Shown: positions 48,659-60,134 of the stretch, in pieces
Numbering within the stretch: position 1 is the first letter of the stretch
How the letters are laid out: each line of letters begins with the position of its first letter
DNA from: Podarcis filfolensis
Lineage: Eukaryota
NCBI GenBank assembly: GCA_964270895.1
Contig: OZ185448.1
Length of the DNA: 64,000 nt
Strand: one strand, 5' to 3'
Made by a program: the position numbers and the translations under genes
Notes under the pieces: generated by a model
What the model saw: the letters and a program-made list of their open reading frames with translations, nothing else
What the model was told of the DNA's origin: nothing
Databases searched by the model: none

Positions 48659-49999
48659 TAGCTTTTCATTTGATACCACTGTCTCTCCTGGATTAGTCAC
48701 ATGGACCGTCCCAACCAATCAGGGTTCACACAGTAAACAGGATGACATTACACTTTGAGACAGCAAGTTAGATTTGGTTAATAAACAGCATGATTAAGGG
48801 CAATTGAGAACAAGGTACAGAAATACCAGGGAACCTCAACCTTACGAGCCCATGGCCATACATGAAATGTTGAGGCTGTCCTGTCATGGACACTGTCACA
48901 AAATGGCTGCCGAAGGGAGCAAGCCTGTTCAAAAAAACAACTGCCCTAGTTTGCTTAGCCAGGTACAAAGCATCTGTTGCATCATACTTTTCAGAACGTT
49001 TTTTCACAGGCCACTTTCCCTCCTGATCCCTTGCTTCCTGTTCAGTAGTTCAGGCAACTCTATGAAAAAGCCCATAGAAATGAGAGACAAAGTGGGAAAG
49101 AACTTGCCTCTTGCTTACCTGATTGAAGAATGGAGGAGGATGCATGTAGCCTTGGAATTTTGCATGGCTTCATGCACCCTAATTTACAAATCAAGCACTG
49201 CAGAGGGTTGTATCTATTGCACCCCCCTCTTCACCTCTGCCCCCACACTGGCATGCAGCCCCCAGAAGGTTTGCACACAGGGTAATGCAGTGCTGGGTCT
49301 GGAAAAAGTTTCTTTCCCTTCACTTTTGTATCAGCAATTTCTGCCCCAAGCAGAGACGGAACAGCTTGCCCCTGGCCACCAGTTCAGACACCAGGGGGAA
49401 AAAACGGCTTAATTCTGCAGAATGTGGGTTCTTTTGTCTGATTCTCACTAAACCGAGTGGGTGATGAAAATCAATAGATGTGTCTATGAAGTATAAGAAG
49501 AGAGAATACGAGGATAGATTTAGATCGTGGGAGGGGTATACTTGGTGGGAGAGAAAAAAGTACATTTCCGATTACAGGGGGCTTTGCGTATCAAAACTCT
49601 GATGCATTTTATCCCATTGTATCAAAAGCTCAGTTTGACTTAGACTGGAGTGGGGGACTTGCAGCGATTCCTTTCCACGCACTTCTCCCTGAACAAAGGA
49701 ATGGAGAGGCAAGGAGGGTGGGAAGAAATATAATTATGTTCAGGCTTTATCAAATCCCATGAACTAAATCATTAAAGTACATGGTTCTGTGCTGCCAGCT
49801 GGAGGAAAATGGAGCAACATGGGGCAGACAACAAAGTGGTTACAGCTTGGCATTTTTCAGTTGCAAATGGATTGAGATTTGTAGCAATCAAAGAGGGAGC
49901 AGGAAAAAGAAAGTGTGCTGTACAGCACAGGTAGGTACTGAACTTTCTTTGATTTTATATAGCTATCCAGATCACAGTGGCTGGGATTAATCCAAAGGA

Positions 50000-50415
50000 G
50001 GGGGAGGGCCAGTGATCCAACATCTGCTTTGCATGCAGGAAGTTCCAGGTTCTGTCCCCAGCGTCTTGAGTTGGGCTGAGAGGGGCCACTGCCTGAAACC
50101 CAGGAGAGCTACTGCCAGTCAGTGTAGACAATACTGAGCTAAATGGACCAAAGCTCTGACTCAGAATAAGGCAGCACAGGCAGCTTCCTATGTTCCTTCC
50201 TATATTGCATAGCTCTGCATGCAGAAGGTCCTCGGTTCAATTCCTGGCACATCCAGGTATGTCTGGGAAAGATTCCTTGTCTTGAGTCCTAGAAGGGACA
50301 CCTGCAGTCAGTGTAGACAATATTGAGCAAGAAGAAACAATGGTCTCAACTGGTATAAGGCAGCTTCCTATATCGGGGAGGGCCATAGCTCACTGGTAAG
50401 GAACCTGCTTGATTC
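50000..50415 (+). mobile_element. Three head-to-tail tRNA-Ala-derived SINEs (50000-50197, 50205-50373, head only 50375-50415)
   Basis: Repeated GGGGAGGGCC / TGCATGCAG heads and AAGGCAGCTTCCTAT tails. Confidence 0.82.
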
Positions 50416-51724
50416 TCATGAAAAATACATTACAATACAGACAGGACTTTATTCTTAGTTTTCCTGGTGTTTCCTTACCTGATAATTTCCACACTTTATG
50501 TGATCTTTCACACAATGTAAAATCTACTTCTGAAAATCTAGTGGAATCTAATGGAAGTTCTGTGCTCATTTCCATGTTAATAGTTTCCAGGGGGGAAGGA
50601 GAGATCTATCTGCAATTAACTTCAGAAATCATGGTAGATTTGCAGTGTAACTTCCCATGATGAAATTTAGGGTGGAACCCTCGCCACCATTGAAAAAATT
50701 AGCCAGGCATGCTGGCATATTGATCAAAAAAGCCAAAGTCTCATAATGCAACCAATAGTGCAGTGTAAAGGAACACAGTTGGCAAAGAAGAACTAGCATT
50801 ATAACGAGTGAAACACAATATATGCCATGTCTATATGCCATGTCTGAATGCAGCCAAATACTTTTGACTTTCCTTTGATGAAAGGTTGTCCCTCACCCAA
50901 ACATGCATGTTTCATCATGGAAATGAATTTTGGCTCAATTCTTGTTAATGTCAATCTGTAAGTGCTGGGTGTTCAAACCTATTTTTAAATTGTAGGTCTC
51001 CTAATTACTTTTTAAAGTTAGTCTGGATGCTCATCAGAGATGCCTGTTGCCACATTTATGGTTTGAATCCTCAGGTGCAAAAATTAGATCTAAATTAGAT
51101 ATACTGTGAATGATAATTAAAGGAAGAGAATATCCAGTGCAATTATACATTGATGATACCTATTGACTTTTCCCTGATCTGTCCTCCCAGGATCCTAAAC
51201 TTAATTCAATTTGCCTTTATCATGATTCTCAATAAAGTGGAACAAATCTGTAATTATGCCCATCAAGTATAAGGAGATAGAATCTGTCCTACAGGGCTGC
51301 TCATTCCAGGTTAAATCTAACTATATTAAGTACTTAATGTCAAAGGTAATTGCTAAACTGTCAAAAATAAATACTGCTAATTTGAAACCTTTGTGGGAGG
51401 ATCTTAAATCCAACTTAACTCACTAGCACCAAAAACATGAATATTTTGCTCTAGCGCCAGTTAAACATTATAAACATGCCCATTTTGCCTTGCAAACTTT
51501 ATGTCTCACAATACTCCCATGCAATAGCCTGCCCAAACAGGGGTCCAGCATGGCTACAGCTGCTTAACATGGCTGTGCCATTCCTCAGCCCAGTTTGCAG
51601 CTGCCACAGCAGCTGCTTTACAGTTCACTCGTCTTCTTTCAGGCAAGATAGGGTCCAGCCAAGCCAATGAGGTACTATGAAGAACTGGCAGGTAGAATAC
51701 AGTTCTGCAGCAAAGTCAGCACTG

Positions 51725-52040
51725 AGGACCCTAGACATTTAAAGCAGCATCATGCTGCTTTAAACAGTCATGGTTTCCCTCAAACAATCCTGGAAACTAT
51801 GGTTTGTTAAGGGTGCTGTGATTGGTTAGGAGGCCTCTAGTCCTCTCACAGAGCCACAGCTCCCAGAGTGGTTTAACAACCAACCCCTCTTCCCAGGGAA
51901 CTAGGGGATCTGTAGTCCTGTGGGAGGAATAGGGCTGTCTCACACATTTCAGCACCCTGAAGAAACCAGAGCTCTTTGAGGGAAGACATGGTTGCCTAAA
52001 ATAGTATGATACTGCTTTAAATGTATGGTCAGATGAGGCC
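51725..52040. mobile_element. Foldback MITE
   Basis: CATTTAAAGCAGC..GCTTTAAATGTATGG inverted ends, same family as 34964. Confidence 0.7.
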
Positions 52041-52086
52041 CAAGTCATAAGCTGAACAGCTTATCCAAAAGACAGCCACATCCCCC

Positions 52087-52640
52087 CAGAGATGGAAGGA
52101 AGAAACAACCAACCCCGACCAGAGAAGAATGGCAAATCACGTTGATGGAGTATGCCGAAATGGCAAAACTAACTGGGAAGCTCAGGAACCAAGAAGACAA
52201 GAAGTTTTAAAAAGAATGGGAAATGTTTATAATGTATATACAAAATTATTGTAAAGCGGTCAAAACATTAGCAGGATTTTAAACACACTTGTAATGTAAC
52301 AAACAGAATGTATAGATGACCTAGGAAGATACAAAATTGGAAAAGTAGTGATATGCAGTTGAAAATAGGATCAATGGGACCCATGGAAGGGATGGGGGAA
52401 GTCAGGAGATTCAGAGTAATCTTGATAATTAGATTTAGAATTGGTTTTGTTGTATTGGCAATAAGTAATATGAAATCGTAATATGGAATAGACGGGAGGT
52501 TGGGTCTTTAGTGTTAAGACCAATTTATGTTTTATCGTTTGTTAAGAAAATTACGTGTCTATGGTTATTCCTGTGTGTAGCTTGGTATTTGTGTTTTCTC
52601 TTTCTTCTTTTCTTGCTGTATCAATAAAGAAAAAAGGGGA
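52087..52640 (+). mobile_element. 5'-truncated L1-type LINE, decayed
   Basis: PTREEWQITLMEYAEMAKLTGKLRNQEDKKF*KEWEMFI with a stop and frameshift; T-rich 3' UTR, AATAAA at 52623. Confidence 0.85.
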
Positions 52641-52989
52641 AAAGACATTTAAAAACAAAAAGCTATGATGTTTGGCAGATTTTAATCAAAAGGGGGTATT
52701 GCACTTGCTGGAGTGGCCACACTAAATGTCTGATTTCCCCCAAATACCAAGTGGGTCTCATTCATGCAGGGAACAGTTAACAGCATTCCTCCATAAAGAT
52801 CTCACTGATCTAGCTGGGATATTAGGGCTCAGGTGGTCTTTAAGATATCCTGGACCCAAGCTTTAAAGGCTTTGTAACATAATGCAATGTAAAGTAATAC
52901 AGGCAGGGAGATAGTTGAACAAGTAGGGAGCTGTCCAGCACTTTCAGCAACGTTAACACAAAGATAGGCACTCAGAGCTGCCAGCAGTT

Positions 52990-53080
52990 CGCCAGGGTTT
53001 CAAACAGGGTTCTTTACCACCCCATCAAGGAGATGCTGGGGATTGAAACTGGGACCTTGTTCAAGCAAAGCATGTGCACT
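52990..53080 (-). mobile_element. tRNA-Ala-derived SINE fragment
   Basis: CAGGGTTTCAAACAGG..GGAGATGCTGGGGATTGAAACTGGGACCTT. Confidence 0.7.
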
Positions 53081-53112
53081 GTAATAATAGTAGTAATTTC
53101 ATTATTTATATA

Positions 53113-53488
53113 AGGTAAAGGACCCCTGGATGGTTAAGTCCAGTCAAACATGACTATGGGGTTGCGGTACTCATCTCGCTTTCAGGCCAAGAGGGCCGGC
53201 ATTTGTCCACAGACAGCTTTCCAGGTCATGTGGCCAGCAGGACTAAACCGCTTCTGGCGCAATGGAATATTGTGACGGAAACCAGAGCGCATGGAAATGC
53301 CGTTTGCCTGCCCACCACAGCAGTACTTAATTATCTACTTGCACTGGTATGTTTACGAACTGCTAGGTTTGCAGGAGCTGGGACAGAGCAATGGGAGCTC
53401 ACTCAGTCATGGGGATTCAAACCACCAACATTCTGATCAACAAGCCCAAGAGGCTCAGTGGTTTAGACCACAGAGCCACCCACGTCCC
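53113..53488 (-). mobile_element. Sauria SINE, divergent subfamily, inserted in an L2 tail
   Basis: Sauria head and tail with an extra internal segment (CAATGGAATATTGTGACGGAA); TTATTTA-rich flanks. Confidence 0.9.
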
Positions 53489-53489
53489 T

Positions 53490-53640
53490 GTTATTTATTT
53501 ATATGCCACCCATCTGACTGGTTTACCCCAGCCACTCTGGATGGTACCCAACAAAATACTTAAAACACAATAAATAATTATTTAAATATTTAAAACACAG
53601 TAAGACATCCACCATTAAGAACTTCCCTGTACAGGGCATA
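53490..53640 (-). mobile_element. L2 LINE 3' end
   Basis: CCCATCTGACTGGTTTACCCCAGCCACTCTGG..AACTTCCCTGTACAGGG. Confidence 0.75.
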
Positions 53641-54689
53641 GATGACTCTTTATCAGGATGGTCCAATGTGTGGTCCAAGGGCCACATAGAGCCCTCAGCA
53701 ACATTAGATACCCTCCCACTACATTCAGATGCCAGTTGCCTGTCCTTTGTGTGAGCCAGTGCACTTTCCTTCTAGCTCTAGACTGTTATCTTGTTTAAGA
53801 GTGAGGAGAGGAATTGCAGGTCCAGACACAGAGTGTGACACCCCTTGGAAAATATTTATGAAGAGTAATGGCCAAACAGACACACACATATCCCCACCCG
53901 TCTGCCCCCCACACAAAGAAGGAAGACAAGATAACACGAAGGACTAAGAGTCCTCAAACACTCAGTGGTTGACTGGATTTTATTATATTATTATTTAAAA
54001 TGCTCCAGGGAAGAACAAAGGGTTGTAGCTATCTACGTCTTATGGCTCTGGCTGCCTGGGAGGAGGTATTGCGAGGCTGTTTTAATGAACAGATTGAAAG
54101 CTTTATCGGACTTTACTGCACCATCAGTAACTATCTTTCCATCTCCATTCTCTGCCGAAAGACTAACTTCTCCTGGTGCCACTCAATAAATACTAACGGA
54201 GATGGCTCCTGCAGTAATAGTACACAGGGGATCTATTTCATCCTTCCTCACCAATGCTAGAATGTGATCGTGGTGACAAACACGGCTTCCTCTGTATTGC
54301 TGACACGATAGATTCTGTGCTTAAATTGTAGACCCAGGTATAGCTCAGCTGGGGCATCGCAGAACAGCATCCCTGTTTACTGACACAATATATCTTTCTC
54401 GTAGCATGCACCACACCTGGAGAGACTTAGTTTCTCATTCTAGCTCTTTGATGGATTTGGCAAAACCGCTGAATCCACACAGAGAGACTGAAGACTGTGA
54501 AATGTGGCCACATAATCCTAGCAAAGATGTATTTAGACCTATGCATGTGTTACTTCTAGCCCCAGGTATTGAACCTTCCTTTTTAAACGTTATTGATTGA
54601 TGATTGATTGATTTTAATAATCCATATATCATTATTTGCAAGCGGCATATAATGGAGATACAAAAGAAGAATGCAGTAGAGATTGCAGG

Positions 54690-55330
54690 TGAAAAAGAAA
54701 CTCAATTCAGTTTGCATTTAAAAATGAGCCTACCTAATTCACATTTTCTGGAATGATATGCAAACCCAAATTCACACTTCACTGAATCTGACCATACAGT
54801 TCTCCAGCCAAGTAACGGAGCAAAAAATGCATATACTTTGGCAGTGTGCATAAAAATGCATGTATTCGTGAAAAATGTGTTTTATTGGAGGGAAATTGCA
54901 TACAAGCATATATATTAAGAGAAACTGGATTAATTTTCACTTTCCAAAGCAAGATGTGGACTGAAACACAGCCACCTTTCTAAATTCATAGTTCTTTGAA
55001 TCTTGCAGTGCAGTTCTCCAGCCAATATGTACAAAAATTCATATGCTAGTGTAAAGTACAGTGGTACCTCAGGTTAAGTACTTAATTCGTTCCGGAGGTC
55101 CGTTCTTAACCTGAAACTGTTCTTAACCTGAAGCACCACTTTAGCTAATGGGGCCTCCTGCTGTTGCCGCGCCACTGGAGCACGATTTCTGTTCTCATCC
55201 TGAAGCAAAGTTCTTAACCTGAAGCACTATTTCTGAGTTAGTGGAGTCTGTAACCTGAAGTGTATGTAACCCGAGGTACAACTGTGTGTATATAAATGCA
55301 TATATTAGTGAAAATATTACACCACATTGC
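54690..55330 (+). repeat. Unclassified interspersed repeat (two partial copies) interrupted by a MITE
   Basis: CAATTCAGTTTGCATTTAAA..CAGTTCTCCAGCCA occurs twice; the sequence resumes after the MITE. Confidence 0.6.
55059..55284 (+). mobile_element. Tigger/pogo-like MITE
   Basis: TA-CAGTGGTACCTCAGGTTA..AACCCGAGGTACAACTG; right TA reads TG. Confidence 0.92.
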
Positions 55331-55489
55331 ATTATAGCAGAGCTCCAAGGGGGCCTTCAATCACCCATTGGCCCAGAGCAGCTGCCCTACCTTGTCAGTC
55401 ACTGGTTCCCTCCATGATTAGAAGAGAAATTGAGAGAACACTAGATGGTGTGGCAGATCAAGATGCTCCTATACTTAAACCAGCTCTTT

Positions 55490-55795
55490 GGTAGAATGTA
55501 AGATAAGAAGAGCCTACTGGATCAGACCAAGGACCCATCTGGTCCAGCATCTTCTCCTCAAAGTGGCCATGCAGGTGCAAGAAGGACCTGAGCACAAGAA
55601 CACTCTCCCCTCCTGTGTTTTCCAGCAATTGGTATTCAGAAGCATTACTGCCTCTGACTGCACAGCCATTGGGCCTAGTACCTATTGATAGCCTTCTCTT
55701 CCATGAGTTTGTCCAATCCTCTTTTAAAGCCATCCAAGTTGGTTCCCATCCCTGCCTCCTATGTGCACAAGTTCATAGTTTAACTATTCACTGGG
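55490..55795 (-). mobile_element. CR1-type LINE 3' end
   Basis: AAGAAGAGCCTACTGGATCAGACC..CCATGAGTTTGTCCAATCCTCTTTTAAAGCCATCCAAGTTGG. Confidence 0.85.
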
Positions 55796-56381
55796 TCAAG
55801 AAGGAATCTAAAAATCCAGACTGGACGGTAGGGTTGTAATCTCTCAGTCATCCAAAAGTGCTGCAAGGCTACACCAAGAAAACAGACAACTACAGATTTG
55901 ATTGTTAATGGATCTAGAGGGAGTGCTACACATTGAATGGCCCAGGTGTGGATTTTTTACTTTCTGGTATGCTCGTTAGAGGCGCATATTGGTCCACAGA
56001 TACAGACAGAACTCTAATACATATTTTTTTAATTAATCTGTTTCCTCTTTCTTTTTCCTTTCTTGCCCAAATGACTTTCTAAAATAATGTTGTGCAAAAT
56101 ACCCTTTGAGATATTTCCTACCTCCTTGGTCCCCAAGAGCCCTGTAGATCCCCCCACCAATCTCTTATTCACATGACATTCATCCCTCCCATGACATGGT
56201 GCGCTCACTGGGGTAACATTTCTCATATGATTTAATAGCAAACTTTTCTGGACTCTTTGCACCACTGGGGATAGCAGGCAGATATGATGGAGCACCAGCA
56301 ACCCCCAGGGACCAATTTATCAACTACTGAAGCAAGATGCTACAGCAATAAATTTCAGAGCCAGGTAGGATTACAGAAAGA

Positions 56382-56409
56382 GTGTGTGTGTGTGCGCGCG
56401 CGCGCGCGC
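56382..56409. repeat. (GT)n(GC)n alternating purine-pyrimidine tract
   Basis: GTGTGTGTGTGTGCGCGCGCGCGCGCGC. Confidence 0.95.
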
Positions 56410-56846
56410 CGCACATGCAAGTGTGAGGGCTGTATTATCCATTGTTGGACTTCCTTGCTTTGCAGTTTGGGGAAAACTGGTGGTAAACAATTTACCACTA
56501 GTTTACTTCAGCAACGACTTCTGATCGTGCCTCCATCACTGGGATGGTGAACAGGACGGATCAGTGACTGTCCTGCTGCAGGCTACTTTTGTCAGGTGGC
56601 AGGTCTCTCCCCCTGTTGATCTCCTGATGCCATGTGATGCTACCTGGATCCGAGCCCACTGGATTGCATTCACTGCTGAATGCAATCGCTGCCGAATGTG
56701 AGCCCCACTGAAACAACAAGGAACACAGTCCCAGAGTATGCTTCTGCTTCTTCCTGAGCAGCAAGGCTTGCATGCACCACTGTTTAAATTTTACACCCAA
56801 TTCACTTCCTGCTGCTACTTTTGGCAGGGATCACAACCACATAGGA

Positions 56847-57448
56847 CAGGGATCGGCAAATTTTTTTAGCCGCTGTCCCTCAGACCTTGTGGCGGACCGG
56901 AAAAGCAGCACGGGGGGGGTGGAGCTGGAAGAAGAGGCGAGGGGGGCAAGTAGTCCTCCTCCCCAGCCCCAGCCACTGCGCTTACTTACCCAGGGGCTGC
57001 CACTGCTGCCGCCACCACCACACCACCTCTGCTGCTGTTGCTTCTCATGGGTAGGCAGAGGGAGCTCATCCGCTCTGCTCCCTGGCCCACAGGAGCACCA
57101 GGGCAGCGGTGGCGGGAAGATGAGCAGCGCGAAAGGGCTGGCTCCGGAGAGGGGCTGCTTAAAATGGCACTCGGCCAGCTCAGCCCAGCCCCCTTCCTCC
57201 TCTAGGCAGGGCAGGGAGAAGCCAGGAGGAGGGAGGGAGGAGGCAGGAGGGAGGGAGGAGAAGCCAGGAGGAGGAAGGGAAGAGGTGTGTGTGAGGAAGA
57301 GGGGGAATGGAATGGAATGGCACAGGGGGGGAAATGGCAAAGCCCAAACAAACAGAATCCCCACGCCGATCCACGGACAATCCGCGGACCGGATCCTGAA
57401 GGCAATTGGCCCTGATCTGGCCAGTGGGCCGTAGTTTGTCTACCCCTG
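56847..57448. mobile_element. GC-rich non-autonomous hAT element
   Basis: Ends CAGGGATCGGCAAA / TTTGTCTACCCCTG; 8-bp TSD AC(A/T)TAGGA at 56839-56846 and 57449-57456. Confidence 0.85.
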
Positions 57449-58544
57449 ACTTAGGAGCTCCTGAGTTTCCACAGAATGATGAATACTACTGGGGTGTGTG
57501 GAAGAACAACTTGGAGTGGGAAGGGGCTGATATATTGTGAAAGGCATGACTGACTGGAACTCTGATCATGGGCACTCCACACTGTGTGACAGGAAGGGAT
57601 GGGTAAATCTATCCATTTCAGTGTCTCTCCATTTCTTAATTTTCCCACCTTGAGTTCTCCACATTTCTGCATCAGTATGTGATTTTTAAAAAAGAGGTCC
57701 TCATGAAAATTCATCATCAAATTTCTTCTAATATATACTTTTTTTTCCTCCAAAGATCTTTGGAATGCATGCTCATTGCATGATCTTTGCTGTAAATGAA
57801 CTTTCCTGTCTTTTGAAGCAAGAAATGAAGAGCTGGTGTCTTTCAAGAAAAGAATTGGTGGGTGAAGGCTGAAAGGACAACTGTAGCTGTTAGGGAAGAA
57901 ACGCACGCAAGCCACATCTTGTAACAAATCAGTGCATGCTATTAGATTTGTCATAAATAGTGTGATGAATGGTAATTCCCTGATCTAATATCAAACCTTG
58001 GGGAGCAATTTGCTGGAATGATGTCACTGCATCAATGTCCAAAGTGTTAATGAGATTATCTCAAATCAATGGAGAAACGCAAGCCTGAAGGGGACTGAAT
58101 AATAAGCAAACTACAATGAATTCCCTTGCTTTCTTGTCTCATCTCTTAGATGGAGTTTGCATGTTACCTGGAGGGATGTAGCTACAACTGTATACAGTGA
58201 TGCTTCTCTGCTATTCATGGGAAGGTGGAGTTGCATTGCTATGAGCTATGCTTGTGAATGGCACTCAGTAATTTCCAATCCTAATTACTTTGATATTTTT
58301 TTGAATGAAATAGCTTTATATAAATATTTTAAGAAATAAATAAATTGTTCTTAAACAGCATTGTAAAATTCAGAGAAGCACACAATGCAATTGATAACTG
58401 TGTTCCAATCTGAGTGATAAATCCAGGAATTGTGAATTAGGTCGTTTCACTTTAGCATGCAGTCAGAGTGAGATTCTCTTCCATCCCTAAATACAATACA
58501 TCTCACCATAGTGGGAAGGACAATAGCCAGGTAACCTGTAAACC

Positions 58545-58725
58545 TGCTCAGTGGAGATGGTCGTATCTGCTGTGCACACAGAATGCCCCATGTTCAATCC
58601 TTGGCATGTTTTGTTTTTGTTTTAACTATTTTTGCATTTTTATCCTGTATTTTTATCTTGTGAACAGCCCAGAGATCCTCAAATGAAGGGCGGTATATAA
58701 ATTTAATAAATAAAATAAATAAATA
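58545..58725 (+). mobile_element. tRNA-Ala SINE head followed by an L2-like tail
   Basis: GCTCAGTGGAGATGG..GTTCAATCCTTGGCAT, then TGTGAACAGCCCAGAG..GGGCGGTATATAAATTT(AATA)n. Confidence 0.6.
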
Positions 58726-59684
58726 ACCTCATCCAAATTCTACTGGGCATAGGGTGGCATTCTGGTAACAATCATGCCTGCATACCTTTTCCAAATGGAT
58801 TGTTCTGAAGATGCTAATGGCACTGAAATAAAGCTTTCCTTGGCAGCACAACCTTTTGACAATCCAGCCAGCCTTTCCCATGTAAAATTACGAGAGCGAG
58901 CCTCAGCAAATGAGTTAATCACAGCTCTCAGTTGTCCCCTGGACTGCTAATGGAAAACAAATGTGATCAAATAGTGAAGGAAGAGAAAGCAGCTGTTAAA
59001 AATGTGGAACGCATACATGGGGAACACAGGGCCAGAACAGCAAGCAAAATGCATGCTTTGATTAATACTCCAAGGGGCTGACTTTCCTGTAGTCAAGTGT
59101 GTGGACTCTCAATCACAGTCTTATTTTAAAAACAGCTGCTAAATATATAAAACGGCAAAGATTCCCTTGGAGAAGGTTGCAGTTGAGACTCCTGTTATCT
59201 TTCAGCCGACCCCTTTTTGTCATTCTTCTCCAGCTGTCCTTTATTCATACTGAGAGGCAAGAGGGCGGTGCCAGGACCGCCAGCTGTGGGACTCAAACCA
59301 AGGGTCATATGAGAACAGAACGGGGACTCTCATCAGCTCATTGGAAGCTGGTGCCCTGTGGGGCTGGTAGGGCAGAAGGCAGGGATCCCAACAGCAGGTG
59401 GTGTCAGGGCCAGTAACAGGCAGAGCCAAGCCATTCTGGCTGCGTCCCAACCGCCTCCTTTGAGGAGGAGAAGGAGGAAAGAGGCTGGGCATAAGTAAGG
59501 CAGATGAGGCTCGCCTGAGGGCAGAGCAACATCCACTGTACTATATTATCCCCATCCTCGATGCCATTGGTCACAGGTTCTCTCCACACAATTGGGGGCC
59601 CAGTATTGTCAGTCTTCAGTCACACACCGGCTGTTTACAGGGGCAGCTAGAAATGGGGGAGGGACTGTCAATTTTTTTAACCTA

Positions 59685-59901
59685 CAGTGGTTACACACGC
59701 TTCAGGTTACAGACTCCACTAACCCAGAAATAGTACCTCAGGTTAAGAACTTTACTTCAGGATGAGAACAGAAATCATGTGGCAGCGGTGCAGTGGCAGC
59801 AGGAGGCCCCATTAGCTTAAGTGGTACCTCAGGTTAAGAACAGTTTTAGGTTAAGAACGGACCTCCAGAATGAATTAAGTTGTTAACCTAAGGTACGACT
59901 G
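59685..59901 (-). mobile_element. Tigger/pogo-like MITE with a shortened left TIR
   Basis: TA-CAGTGGTTACAC.. (short deletion) ..AACCTAAGGTACGACTG-TA. Confidence 0.88.
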
Positions 59902-59911
59902 TATCTTGTAT

Positions 59912-60050
59912 TTGGGGAAGAGGCCCCAGCTCAATTGTACAGCATCTGTTTTGCATGCAGAGAGGTCCCAGGCTCAGTCCCTGGCATCTTCAAGCAGGGC
60001 TGGGAATGTCTGTTGCCTGAGACACTGGCAGGGAGTGTAGGCAATACTGA
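59912..60050 (+). mobile_element. tRNA-Ala-derived SINE
   Basis: AGCTCAATTGTACAGCATCTGTTTTGCATGCAG..TCCCTGGCATCTTCA. Confidence 0.75.
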
Positions 60051-60134
60051 GTGTCTCATTCCCAGTGCATATAATTCACGGAGATGATTGAAGTTTTGCC
60101 TCAGTCCCAAATCCAAGTCTGAAGCCAAACTGGA

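Noticed and set aside
48804-49412. 202-aa ORF
   Set aside because: No recognisable domain or motif and no convincing splice context; compatible with chance in six frames of 64 kb.
50818-50844. Tandem 13-bp duplication TATATGCCATGTC x2
   Set aside because: A simple slippage duplication with no further structure.
56772-57434. 220-aa (+) and 177-aa (-) ORFs
   Set aside because: Both lie almost entirely inside a GC-rich hAT element and are low complexity.
57960-58090. Box C/D snoRNA (GTGATGA..CTGA)
   Set aside because: Box spacing is too short or there is no terminal stem, and I recognised no rRNA-complementary guide.
5381-59901. CRISPR-like or regularly spaced repeat array
   Set aside because: The repeats are dispersed eukaryotic TEs with TIRs and TSDs, not repeat-spacer arrays.
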